From Candidatus Binatia bacterium (lineage in GTDB: Bacteria; Desulfobacterota; Binatia; UBA1149; JAJCZL01): a stretch of 64,000 nt of DNA. The position numbers and the translations under genes were made by a program. Under the pieces are notes generated by a model that searched no databases, was not told the DNA's origin, and saw only the letters and a program-made list of their open reading frames with translations. The stretch covers positions 52,255-116,254 of the forward strand of contig JANQEO010000039.1 in NCBI GenBank assembly GCA_028278325.1, in the 5' to 3' direction. Of the stretch, positions 9,452-18,386 are shown one piece after another (the stretch's first letter is position 1; each line of letters begins with the position of its first letter).

Positions 9452-10660
9452 ATGTGGGGCGCCTTTTTCAAGCCGACGGCGCGCGCCGAGAGGTTGCTAC
9501 GGAAGTTTCTGTTGCTGGCCGCCACGCTTGTCGCGTGCCTGGCGGTCTTGGAAATTTTGACGCGGGTGGTCGTACCATCACAGGTCGACGTTCCCCATCT
9601 GCGCGTCTATCCCCAGGGTTTCTACACCTGGTATCCCCGTTCCCTCTTCACCTACCATAACCTCGACAAGGTCGAGCCGCCCAGCGCCGAGATTCGCATC
9701 AACGCCGATGGCTTGCGGGATGAGGAAGTGCCGCTTCCGAAGGACAGGGACGAAACCCGTATTCTGGTGCTCGGCGATTCCTTCACCGCGGCGGTTCAGC
9801 TTCCCGAGGAGCAGGTCTATTCGTCGGTGCTCGAAGAGAGGTTGTCGCATACTGCCCGCGACGGGCGTTATCGCGTCATCAATGCCGGCTTCAATGGCGC
9901 GGGCACAGCGCACGAGCTTCTCTACTTCTTGTTCAAGGGCCGCGCGCTGGAACCCGACATCGTCATTCTACAGATCGCATTCAACGATCTCGACGACAAC
10001 ACAGCCCACGATGGTTTCTCTCTGGCCGACGGCGAGCTCGTGATCAGCGACGATGTCTTGAATCCGGCCTGGTGGAAGGCGCCGCTGCTGCGAGCCCGCG
10101 ACGCCGTCGGTAACAGCAGCCTGGTCTTCTATCTGACATACCGCTCGGTAAAGAACGTGTTGCGCGCCTTCAGCGGAGGGGGATCGAGACCGGTCGCGAT
10201 GTCGGGGCCGCGCGTGGCGTTCGCGGCCGAAGCCGACGAAACCACCGAGCAAAGCCATGACGAGGAATCCGCTTTACTGCTGTCCGAGCTGGTCGGCCGC
10301 TTGGTCGACGAGGCCAACGCTGAGGGGATTCCCGTCATCATCATGACCTTGCCGTATCCGCTGTTCTTGGGCGCCGAGGACGAACGTTTCGCCCTCGCCA
10401 AGCGCTACATCAGACGGAGGACGGCGGAGACTCACAGCTGGCTGTTGGAGATGCGCCAGGAATTCCTGAACGCCCACCGGTTGGGCGAGGAGGTGTTCCT
10501 GCCCTACGACGGGCATCTGGGTGTGGCGGGTCACCGTATCGTCGCCGGCGCCTTGGAGCGGGCGCTCTTGCCCTATGCTCAACCGAGGGTCGGCCCCACC
10601 CGGCCTTCCAGCTCGGTACCGAAGAAACAGCGCCTTGCTGCAGTCCAACCAGGTGGTTGA
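9452..10660 (+). CDS. membrane-anchored SGNH/GDSL hydrolase family protein
   Basis: N-terminal TM helix (FLLLAATLVACLAVLEIL). Block I is ILVLGDSFTAA and block III is NAGFNGAG. A block V-like sequence, YDGHLGVAGH, is also present. Confidence 0.7.
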   Translation: MWGAFFKPTARAERLLRKFLLLAATLVACLAVLEILTRVVVPSQVDVPHLRVYPQGFYTWYPRSLFTYHNLDKVEPPSAEIRINADGLRDEEVPLPKDRDETRILVLGDSFTAAVQLPEEQVYSSVLEERLSHTARDGRYRVINAGFNGAGTAHELLYFLFKGRALEPDIVILQIAFNDLDDNTAHDGFSLADGELVISDDVLNPAWWKAPLLRARDAVGNSSLVFYLTYRSVKNVLRAFSGGGSRPVAMSGPRVAFAAEADETTEQSHDEESALLLSELVGRLVDEANAEGIPVIIMTLPYPLFLGAEDERFALAKRYIRRRTAETHSWLLEMRQEFLNAHRLGEEVFLPYDGHLGVAGHRIVAGALERALLPYAQPRVGPTRPSSSVPKKQRLAAVQPGG

Positions 10661-10722
10661 GAGTGGCCGCGGCGTGTAAGAATGTCAGGATACTTTTCAG
10701 ACAGAGTCATAGGAGTAAGTAG

Positions 10723-11625
10723 ATGAAGCGACCTAGAAGCGCCTTCGCCGGGGGCTTGCTTGCCGGAACGTTGATCGGCCTGGTACTCGGTACGAGTGCC
10801 GTGTCGTTGGCCGAGTTCAAGAAGTCGGGCTGGCAGCGGTTCAACGGCATGTTCCGTGCGGGCTACGTCGCCGGCTTCAACGACGCGATCCGCATTGCCA
10901 AGCACAGAGCAGCGGGCAGCTATCTCGATACCGGCTTCAAGGTGCCGATGAACGCGAAGGTCTCCGACTGGCTCAAGACCATCAACCGTCTCTATGAGAA
11001 GAAAGAATACGAGCACCTCGCGGTCTCCCAACTCATACAACTGGCCGGAGAGGAAATGATGGAAGAGTTCGGCCCCGACGCCAGCACGGCCCGCTTGGCC
11101 CAGCTCCAGGGGTTCATAGCCCAACGTCAGGCCGCCGCTACCGAGCGCCTCAAGCAGAGAAAGGCCGCTGAGGCGGAGATGAAAGCCAAGGGCATAGAGC
11201 CGCCCGATCCTCGTGAGCACCCCAAGGTAAAGATGATGGAAGCCCGCCGCGAGACCTTGGAGCTTCTGGGGTTGGACGAAGACTATTGGGATGACACCGG
11301 CAGCAGGTTGAAGAAGGGTTACATCACAGGCTTCAACGACTGCGTATACGTGGCCGAGTTGACGGAGCCGGAAAGCTTCGTCGCGAGCAACTACACGCGC
11401 GCAGACGTCGACTACAAGCGCTGGCGCCGCGCCCTCAACAACTTCTACGGCGATCTGTCCCGTCAGTCTGAGCCCCGTCTGGTGGCCATGGCACATGCTG
11501 GCAGGGCGGTAGCCGCCAAGCACGGTGCTGCCGCGCTGCAGGGCGACAAGGCCGCTGCGCAACGCGCGTATCTGGAGAAAGCGTTGTCGGAGGACGCCTC
11601 CAAGGACCAGCCGGGCGACGACTGA
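10723..11625 (+). CDS. hypothetical signal-anchored protein with internal duplication
   Basis: AGGAG lies 8 nt upstream of the ATG. N-terminal hydrophobic segment LLAGTLIGLVLGTSAVSLA. Two related segments are present (RAGYVAGFNDAIRIA and KKGYITGFNDCVYVA), separated by a charged helical linker. GC3 is high, in contrast to the Arg/Gly-rich antisense ORF 10579..11562. Confidence 0.65.
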   Translation: MKRPRSAFAGGLLAGTLIGLVLGTSAVSLAEFKKSGWQRFNGMFRAGYVAGFNDAIRIAKHRAAGSYLDTGFKVPMNAKVSDWLKTINRLYEKKEYEHLAVSQLIQLAGEEMMEEFGPDASTARLAQLQGFIAQRQAAATERLKQRKAAEAEMKAKGIEPPDPREHPKVKMMEARRETLELLGLDEDYWDDTGSRLKKGYITGFNDCVYVAELTEPESFVASNYTRADVDYKRWRRALNNFYGDLSRQSEPRLVAMAHAGRAVAAKHGAAALQGDKAAAQRAYLEKALSEDASKDQPGDD

Positions 11626-11632
11626 CGAGTAG

Positions 11633-12751
11633 GTGTCAGCAGGCGCCTACATAAAGGGCTTCCTCAGCCATCCGTCGCACAGCGGCGCACAGTTCGATCC
11701 CCTCGACGGGCTGCGCGGACTGGCCGCCATGTTGGTGGTCTTCGCCCATATGAGCCGCGGCGGCGTTCACCTTCACCCGTCGTTGAATTTCGTCGAGTTT
11801 GGAAAGCCCGGTGTATTTCTGTTCTTCGTCCTGAGCAGTTTCCTGCTCACCCAGCAGCTCGTGGGTCGGCCCGGCGCCGAGTTGTTGTCGCCCAGAGCCT
11901 GGAGCCTCTACTTCACGCGCCGCTTGCTGAGGATCTATCCTCTGTTCACGGTAGCGTTGCTCGCAGGTCTGAGCACGCCGTTCATGACCAAAGCCCTGTT
12001 CGGGCCACGACCCGTGAGTTTTTTGGAACATCTCACACTCCAGCAGGGGGCCAAGATCTTCTGGGCCATCCCGGTAGAGGTGAAGTTCTACTTCGCTCTG
12101 CCTTTGCTGGTGCTGGTCTTCGCGTTCGCGCTGCGCCGCAACGCCGCCGCCTTCCTGGTCGTCGCCGCAGCGGCGATAGCTGTCAATGAGTACATGTGGG
12201 CGGCGGGCATAATGAGTTACCGCTCCATACAGCTCCGCCACTATATGCCCGTGTTCGTGACCGGCTTCTGCGCTGCTCTGCTCTTCGAGCGCTTTCGCGA
12301 TTCACCCCAGCGCATCTGGTCGCGCGTTCTGCTGGAAGCCGTCTCCATCGCGAGCCTCGCGGCGGTGACTCTGACCCTGCCCGCTTTCTATCGTTTGGTA
12401 ACCGGAGTTCACGTGGCCGACTACTCGATGGCGGTGCGCCACTACTGGTACGGCATCGGATGGTCGGCTTTCCTGCTGACGCTGATGCTCAGCCGGGGCC
12501 CGGTGTCGGTGTTGTTGGCCAGCCGGCCGGCCAGATTCATCGGCTTGATCAGCTTCAGCGTTTATCTGTGGCACCTGCCGATCATCGAGTACGTGAGGCG
12601 CACTTTCGTGATGACTCCGCCCGCCAAGGTTTTGGTTGTACTTGCGTTGCTCTTTCCCGCGGCGGCGCTTTCCTACTTGGTCATAGAGCGCCCCTTCATC
12701 AACTTGGGCGCCCGCTTGTCGAAGCGCTACGGTCTGCGAGTCTCGGGGTAG
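11633..12751 (+). CDS. acyltransferase family 3 (AT3) membrane O-acyltransferase
   Basis: DPLDGLRGLAAMLVVFAHM is the AT3 signature. About 10 TM helices. SFSVYLWHLPI near the C-terminus. GTG start. The 3' end overlaps the convergent ABC gene by 25 nt. Confidence 0.8.
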   Translation: MSAGAYIKGFLSHPSHSGAQFDPLDGLRGLAAMLVVFAHMSRGGVHLHPSLNFVEFGKPGVFLFFVLSSFLLTQQLVGRPGAELLSPRAWSLYFTRRLLRIYPLFTVALLAGLSTPFMTKALFGPRPVSFLEHLTLQQGAKIFWAIPVEVKFYFALPLLVLVFAFALRRNAAAFLVVAAAAIAVNEYMWAAGIMSYRSIQLRHYMPVFVTGFCAALLFERFRDSPQRIWSRVLLEAVSIASLAAVTLTLPAFYRLVTGVHVADYSMAVRHYWYGIGWSAFLLTLMLSRGPVSVLLASRPARFIGLISFSVYLWHLPIIEYVRRTFVMTPPAKVLVVLALLFPAAALSYLVIERPFINLGARLSKRYGLRVSG

Positions 12752-14577
12752 GAGCCCTGTGGCAGGGCACTCTCGGGTTCGTCGTGCTGTAGCCTGTAGA
12801 GCTTGGAGTAGAGCCCGCCCTTGGCCATCAACTCGGTGTGAGTGCCGAGCTCACGCACGCGGCCGTGATGGAGAACGAGGATCCGGTCGGCATTCTCGAT
12901 GGTCGAGAGACGGTGGGCGATGACTACCGATGTGCGGCCTCGCTGCAGGGTTTCAAGCGCATCTTGTATGAGCGCCTCGGTCTCGGGGTCGACGCTGGAC
13001 GTTGCCTCGTCGAGCACCAACACTTCCGGATCGTGGGCCAGCGCCCTGGCGAAGGAAAGCAGTTGGCGCTGGCCGGCCGAGAAGTTGCCTCCCCGTTCCC
13101 GGACGCGCTCGTCGTATCCCCCGCCCAGCTTGGTGATGAAGCGGTCCGCATTGACGTGCTTGGCCGCAGTGCGAACGCGTTCAGGTGAGATCGTCTCGTC
13201 GCCCAGGCTGATGTTGTTGCCGACTGTATCCGAGAACAGGTAGACGTCCTGAAGCACCGAGCCCATGCGTTTGCGCAGGCTCGAGAGGTTCCAGTCCCGA
13301 ACGTCGACGCCGTCGACCAGGACGCGCCCTGAATCGACGTCGTAGAATCTGGCCAGTAGTTTGGTGATCGTCGTCTTGCCCGAGCCCGTGGCACCCACGA
13401 TGGCGAGGTGCTGGCCGGCAGGGACGGTGAACGAGACGTTTTCCAGAACGGGCTCGCCCTCCAGGTAGCTGAACGACACGTCGTCGAATTCTATGGTGCC
13501 GGCAGCCGCGGGCTCGGGAGCGGGCAGGTCGGGATCTGCAACCTTAGGCTCGAGGTCGAGGAGTCCGAAAACTCTCTCGGCAGCGGTGAGGGCCGACTGC
13601 ATCACGGCATACTTCGTGGAGAAGTCGCGGATGGGGATAAAGAACTTGTTTATGTACTCGATGAAGGCGACCAGGGTGCCGAAGCCGACCGCTTGGCCGA
13701 CCGCAGAAGCCGGCGACATCGACTCGCCGACCACGAGATGGGCTCCGTACCAGATCAGCAGTGCGATTGAGATGCTGCTGACGCCTTCCACGATGGAGAA
13801 CAGCGAAGCCTCGTAGATGTTGGAGCGCTTGTTGGCATCACGATGCAGGCCGTTGAGACGGTCGAACTCGGATGCGGTCTGAGCCTCTCGCGCGAATAGC
13901 TGGATGACCGCCATGCCCGAGATCGACTCCTGCAGGTAGGCGTTGAGCCGCGCTATGCGCTCGCGGATTCGACGGTAGTTGCGGCGTGCCTTGCGGCGGA
14001 AGAAGTCCACGAGGACGATCATCACGGGCAGGGCCGAAAGGGTGACCAGAGCCAGCTTGAGATTGATCGCCATCATTATCGCCACGATTCCCGCCAGCGT
14101 GATGAAGTCCATGAAGATCGTCAGGGCGCCGGCCGCGAACATTTCGTTGATGACGTCGACGTCGCTGGTCATGCGCGTGACCAACCGGCCTACGGGATGA
14201 CGGTCGAAATAGGCGGTCTCCATCTTCTGGACCTTGTCGAACACGGCCACGCGCAGATCGGCCAGAGAGCGCTGAGCGACCAGCATCGTGTAGTAGTGCT
14301 GCCAGTACAGAGCGAAGAACTCACCGATGATGGCCAGCGCGAAGAGCGCCGCCCAGAATCCCAAGCCCTCGGACGTGCCGACCGCGATGTAGTCGTCGAT
14401 GGCCCGTTTCACGATGTAGGGCTGGGCGAGCAGGAAGAACGACGTGACCGGAAGCAGCGCGACGCTCGCTATGAAAGTCCAGCGATAGGGGCGGATGTAG
14501 CGCCACAGGCCCGCCAACATCTGCATGTCGCGGGTGGCGCCGAGCTGTTGTTCTTGTTGAATGCCGCGCGCAGCCAC
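12727..14577 (-). CDS. ABC exporter, fused permease/ATPase (MdlB/MsbA-like half transporter)
   Basis: Six-helix TMD followed by Walker A GATGSGKTT, signature FSAGQRQLLSFARAL and Walker B VLVLDEATS. The GTG start overlaps the upstream stop by 1 nt. Confidence 0.9.
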   Translation of the reverse strand: MAARGIQQEQQLGATRDMQMLAGLWRYIRPYRWTFIASVALLPVTSFFLLAQPYIVKRAIDDYIAVGTSEGLGFWAALFALAIIGEFFALYWQHYYTMLVAQRSLADLRVAVFDKVQKMETAYFDRHPVGRLVTRMTSDVDVINEMFAAGALTIFMDFITLAGIVAIMMAINLKLALVTLSALPVMIVLVDFFRRKARRNYRRIRERIARLNAYLQESISGMAVIQLFAREAQTASEFDRLNGLHRDANKRSNIYEASLFSIVEGVSSISIALLIWYGAHLVVGESMSPASAVGQAVGFGTLVAFIEYINKFFIPIRDFSTKYAVMQSALTAAERVFGLLDLEPKVADPDLPAPEPAAAGTIEFDDVSFSYLEGEPVLENVSFTVPAGQHLAIVGATGSGKTTITKLLARFYDVDSGRVLVDGVDVRDWNLSSLRKRMGSVLQDVYLFSDTVGNNISLGDETISPERVRTAAKHVNADRFITKLGGGYDERVRERGGNFSAGQRQLLSFARALAHDPEVLVLDEATSSVDPETEALIQDALETLQRGRTSVVIAHRLSTIENADRILVLHHGRVRELGTHTELMAKGGLYSKLYRLQHDEPESALPQGSYPETRRP

Positions 14578-16343
14578 TACATCGCCTCGAGTTCTTCGGC
14601 CAGCCGCTGTCTCTGGAACAACTCCGCGTACAGGCCGCCTGCGTTTATCAGCTCGGAGTGGGTGCCGGTTTCTACGATGCGCCCTTCATCGAGCACGGCA
14701 ATCATGTCGGTGTTCTGCACTGCGCTGACACGGTGAGAGATGATCAGCGTCGTGCGGTCGCGCATGACGTCGTCGAGCTCGCCCAGAATGCGGCTCTCGG
14801 TGGCGGCGTCCACGCTGGACAGGGAGTCGTCGAGGATCAGTATCTTGGGGTTCCCGGCTATAGCTCTGGCCAAGGTTATGCGCTGTTTTTGTCCTCCCGA
14901 CATGGTCAGGCCCCTCTCGCCCACTTGGGTATCGAGCCCTTCGGGAAACTCGGCGAGGTCGGAATCCAGGGCGGCCATCTCTACGAGACGGGTCATCTCG
15001 TCGGGCACGAGAGCGTCCATGCCGAACGAGATGTTGTCCTCGATAGACCGGGAGAAGAGGAAAGGATCCTGGGGTACGAAGCCCACCGCATCGCGCAGGC
15101 GCGCGAGGTCCCACTGCCGCACATCTACGCCGTCGACCGAAACGCACCCGGCGCCCACGTCGTGGAGGCGGGAAATCAGCGATACGAGAGTGGACTTGCC
15201 GGAGCCCGTGCGCCCGATGATCCCCACCCTCGACCCGGCTGGTATCGTCAGGTCGATGTCGCTCAAAACGCCGTGCCCGTTGCCGTGTCCGGCGTAGCCG
15301 AAGTTGACGCCATCGAAGCGGATCTCTCCGCTTATCTTGGTGATGGTCATGGGATCCGGCGGGTTCCTGATGGCCGGCACGGTGTCGAGGATCTCGCCGA
15401 GCCTGATCATGGCGGCCTTGCCCCGCTGGTATATCGAGATCATCCAACCGAGGGCCATGATGGGCCAAGCCAGAATGTGCAGGTAACCGATGAAGGCGAC
15501 CAGCTGCCCGAGCGTCAGCGTTCCCCTGATTACCGACAGCCCGCCGTAGTAGAGAACGATCAGCACTCCCAGGGATGAGACTATGCGGATGAAGGGGAAG
15601 ATCTTTCCGCGCAGCTTGGCGACTTCCATGCTCTGGTGTTTGAAATCTTCGTTGAGTACGGCGAACTCGCGCTTGCGCTCGTCTTCACGCACGTAGGCTT
15701 TGACCACCTGGATGCCACTGAGGTTTTCTTGCACGAAGCTCGATATCTCACCGAGCTTTTCCTGGGTGCGCATGACCGATTCCATCATGCGGTGGCTGTA
15801 GTGCTTGACCACCCATAGAAGGATCGGAAACGGTACGATTGCCGCGAGCGTCAACGCCGGCGCCATGTAGAACATCAGCGAGAAAGCATAGACACAGTAG
15901 AGCGGGGTGCTGATGAAGGTCAGGATGCCCGGCCCGAGCATGAGGCGTACGGCGGCTATGTCGTTGATCAGGCGCGACATGAGATCGCCGGTGCGCTGTG
16001 TCTGATAGTAGGATTGGGGTAGGCTCGACAGGTGGGAAAACAACTCGTTACGCAGATCGTGTTCGACGTCGCGTCCGGCATTGAAGATCAGCACGCGGGA
16101 GAAGGTGCGGACGACGCTCTGGGATACGGCGACAAGGATGATCAGCAACGCGTAGGTGGCTACCAGAGAGAGGTTCTCACGGGCGGTTTCCTCGACCCGG
16201 ATGGCATCGACGGCCCTTTGCGTGAGCATGGGGATGGTCATCACCAGGCTCGCCGTTGCGAACAGACAGACGCCCCCGACGGCGTAGCGCCACTTGTAGC
16301 TCGCAATATATTTCGTGATTCGGTGCATCGCGGAGGAACGCAC
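14577..16343 (-). CDS. ABC exporter, fused permease/ATPase (MdlA/MsbA-like half transporter)
   Basis: TMD plus Walker A GRTGSGKST, signature MSGGQKQRITLARAI and Walker B ILILDDSLS. GTG 16343 has GGAG 9 nt upstream. Together with the next gene it probably forms a heterodimeric exporter. Confidence 0.9.
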   Translation of the reverse strand: MRSSAMHRITKYIASYKWRYAVGGVCLFATASLVMTIPMLTQRAVDAIRVEETARENLSLVATYALLIILVAVSQSVVRTFSRVLIFNAGRDVEHDLRNELFSHLSSLPQSYYQTQRTGDLMSRLINDIAAVRLMLGPGILTFISTPLYCVYAFSLMFYMAPALTLAAIVPFPILLWVVKHYSHRMMESVMRTQEKLGEISSFVQENLSGIQVVKAYVREDERKREFAVLNEDFKHQSMEVAKLRGKIFPFIRIVSSLGVLIVLYYGGLSVIRGTLTLGQLVAFIGYLHILAWPIMALGWMISIYQRGKAAMIRLGEILDTVPAIRNPPDPMTITKISGEIRFDGVNFGYAGHGNGHGVLSDIDLTIPAGSRVGIIGRTGSGKSTLVSLISRLHDVGAGCVSVDGVDVRQWDLARLRDAVGFVPQDPFLFSRSIEDNISFGMDALVPDEMTRLVEMAALDSDLAEFPEGLDTQVGERGLTMSGGQKQRITLARAIAGNPKILILDDSLSSVDAATESRILGELDDVMRDRTTLIISHRVSAVQNTDMIAVLDEGRIVETGTHSELINAGGLYAELFQRQRLAEELEAM

Positions 16344-16379
16344 ACTTATAGCTCCGATAGGAAGGCCAAAAAAGACGGA

Positions 16380-17429
16380 ATGGGCGGACTTTTGCCTGTC
16401 GCCGCCTTCTTGTTGTGCACTTTGTCTTCGGGCTGCACGAGCGGCTACTACGCGCGGCTGGCATACGAACAGATGCGGTTTCTCAACGCGGCCACGCCCA
16501 TCGCAGACGAACTCCAGCGCACCACCGACGAAGAGAGACGAGCAAGGCTCGGGTTGGTATTACAAGTTAGACAGTTTTCCGCCGACAATGGCCTGGACCC
16601 GGGCGGGAGCTATCTGGAAGTCTCCGACGTGAACCAGAGCACGGTCGCTCACGTCGTGACCGCTGCGCACCCCGACCGTCTGGAACCTTATACCTGGCGC
16701 TATCCTTTCGTCGGGGAGATTCCTTACCGCGGCTACTTCGAGCGCGAGAGAGCCGAGTCCTTTGCTTCCGCTCTGCGCGACAAGGGCCTCGATACCTTGA
16801 TCGTTCCCGCCGGCGCTTACTCCACGCTCGGATGGTTCGACGATCCGCTGCCTTCGTCACTACTGGAAACAGACAGGGTTTCGCTTGCCACTACCGTCAT
16901 CCACGAGGTCGTTCACCAGCGATTGTTCGTCAAGGGAGACATCGCCTTCAACGAGACCCTTGCGAACGCGGTTGCATTGCGCCTGGCGCCCGCCTTCTTC
17001 GATGGTTTGGGCCAGTCGGAAAGAGGCGAGGAGGCGCGCAAGCGTCACCGAGTATGGCTCGAGCGCAGCGACTTCTACGACGAGCTTTACTCTCGTTTGG
17101 ACGAGTTCTTCGAAACGGCCGAAGGCGAGCGCCTGGCGCGTCGCGAAGTGTTGGCCCGGCGCAAGGAGATCTATGCCGAGGCCCAACAGGAGTACCGCCG
17201 CCGCGGACTGGATACCGGACGGCGCAGCGGATTCCTCGAGGGGGAGCTGGACAACGCCCGTTTCATGGCCCTGCACCGCTATGCCAAACAGGCCGGGCTC
17301 ATGGAGGGGTTCCTGGCGTCTTACCCCGACACGGCGAGTGCTTTGGCATCACTGGAGCGGGTGCTAACCGATCAACCCGACGCGTATCGTGCCCTTGCTA
17401 TTTCAGCCGGTCTGCCGGAAAAAATGTAG
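16380..17429 (+). CDS. putative zinc aminopeptidase lipoprotein (PF10023-like)
   Basis: I chose ATG 16380, which gives a lipoprotein signal (LLCTLSSGC). The ORF-track start 16032 overlaps the divergent ABC gene. TVIHEVVHQRLF..FNETLANAV matches the HExxHQ..NE pattern of the predicted-aminopeptidase family. Confidence 0.7.
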   Translation: MGGLLPVAAFLLCTLSSGCTSGYYARLAYEQMRFLNAATPIADELQRTTDEERRARLGLVLQVRQFSADNGLDPGGSYLEVSDVNQSTVAHVVTAAHPDRLEPYTWRYPFVGEIPYRGYFERERAESFASALRDKGLDTLIVPAGAYSTLGWFDDPLPSSLLETDRVSLATTVIHEVVHQRLFVKGDIAFNETLANAVALRLAPAFFDGLGQSERGEEARKRHRVWLERSDFYDELYSRLDEFFETAEGERLARREVLARRKEIYAEAQQEYRRRGLDTGRRSGFLEGELDNARFMALHRYAKQAGLMEGFLASYPDTASALASLERVLTDQPDAYRALAISAGLPEKM

Positions 17430-17471
17430 TTGAACCGCCGCCGCATTCGAGACGGGGAGAAAGGTTGAACA

Positions 17472-18386
17472 ATGAGTGAGCGTGTAAAAGAGATACTGAG
17501 TTGGTACGCAAGTGAGAACCCGGGGACCCTGACCAATCTGGCCCGTGTCCTCAACCACGGCACACTTGCCGGCACCGGACGCATGGTCATATTGCCGGTG
17601 GACCAGGGCTTTGAGCACGGGCCCGCCCGTAGCTTCGCACCCAACCCCGACGGCTATGATCCGCGCTATCACTTTCAGCTCGGCCTCGACGCCGGCTGTA
17701 ACGCCTACGCTGCGCCCCTCGGTTTCCTTGAAGCGGGTGCGGCCGAGTACGCCGGCGACATCCCTCTGATCCTCAAGCTCAACAACCACGACAGCCTGGC
17801 CCCCGACGGCTCCAACCCCTCACCTTCACTGACCGGATCGGTTCAGGACGCCCTTCGCCTCGGCTGTGTTGCCATCGGCTACACCATCTACCCGGGCTCG
17901 ACCGAGTTCCGTTACATGTACGAAGCCCTGCGCGCTTTGACTCGCGAAGCCAAGGCCAACGGCTTGGCCGTCGTGGTTTGGTCCTATCCCCGCGGTTCGG
18001 GGATCTCCAAGGACGGGGAGACCGCGATCGACGTGGGCGCCTATGCGGCGCAGATCGCCGCGCAACTCGGCGCCAACATCATCAAGGTGAAGCTACCCAG
18101 CGATGTCATCGAGCAGGATGCGGCCCGTAAGGTCTACGAGGCCGAAGGCGTGCCGATCTCGACCCTCGCCGAACGCGTGAGCCACGTGGTGCAGTCGTCC
18201 TTCAACGGGCGGCGTATCGTGATCTTCTCCGGTGGCGGCAAGGCCAGCGATGACAAGATCTTCGACGAGTGCCGCGCCATTCGCGAAGGCGGCGGCTTCG
18301 GTTCGATCATCGGCCGTAACTCCTTCCAGCGCCGTCACGACGAGGCCATCAAGTTCCTCTCGACGGTGATGGAGATCTACGGCTAG
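17472..18386 (+). CDS. class I fructose-bisphosphate aldolase (DhnA/FbaB, DeoC-fold family)
   Basis: LNHGTLAGTGRMVILPVDQGFEHGP and the NIIKVKLP Schiff-base lysine region. The length and motifs fit the bacterial/archaeal class Ia aldolases. Confidence 0.75.
   Translation: MSERVKEILSWYASENPGTLTNLARVLNHGTLAGTGRMVILPVDQGFEHGPARSFAPNPDGYDPRYHFQLGLDAGCNAYAAPLGFLEAGAAEYAGDIPLILKLNNHDSLAPDGSNPSPSLTGSVQDALRLGCVAIGYTIYPGSTEFRYMYEALRALTREAKANGLAVVVWSYPRGSGISKDGETAIDVGAYAAQIAAQLGANIIKVKLPSDVIEQDAARKVYEAEGVPISTLAERVSHVVQSSFNGRRIVIFSGGGKASDDKIFDECRAIREGGGFGSIIGRNSFQRRHDEAIKFLSTVMEIYG

Noticed and set aside
10579-11562. 327-aa minus-strand ORF overlapping the hypothetical gene 10723..11625.
   Set aside because: The plus-strand frame has an RBS, a signal-anchor, high GC3 and an internal duplication. 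The minus-strand product is an Arg/Gly/Leu-rich shadow and would overlap the SGNH gene end.
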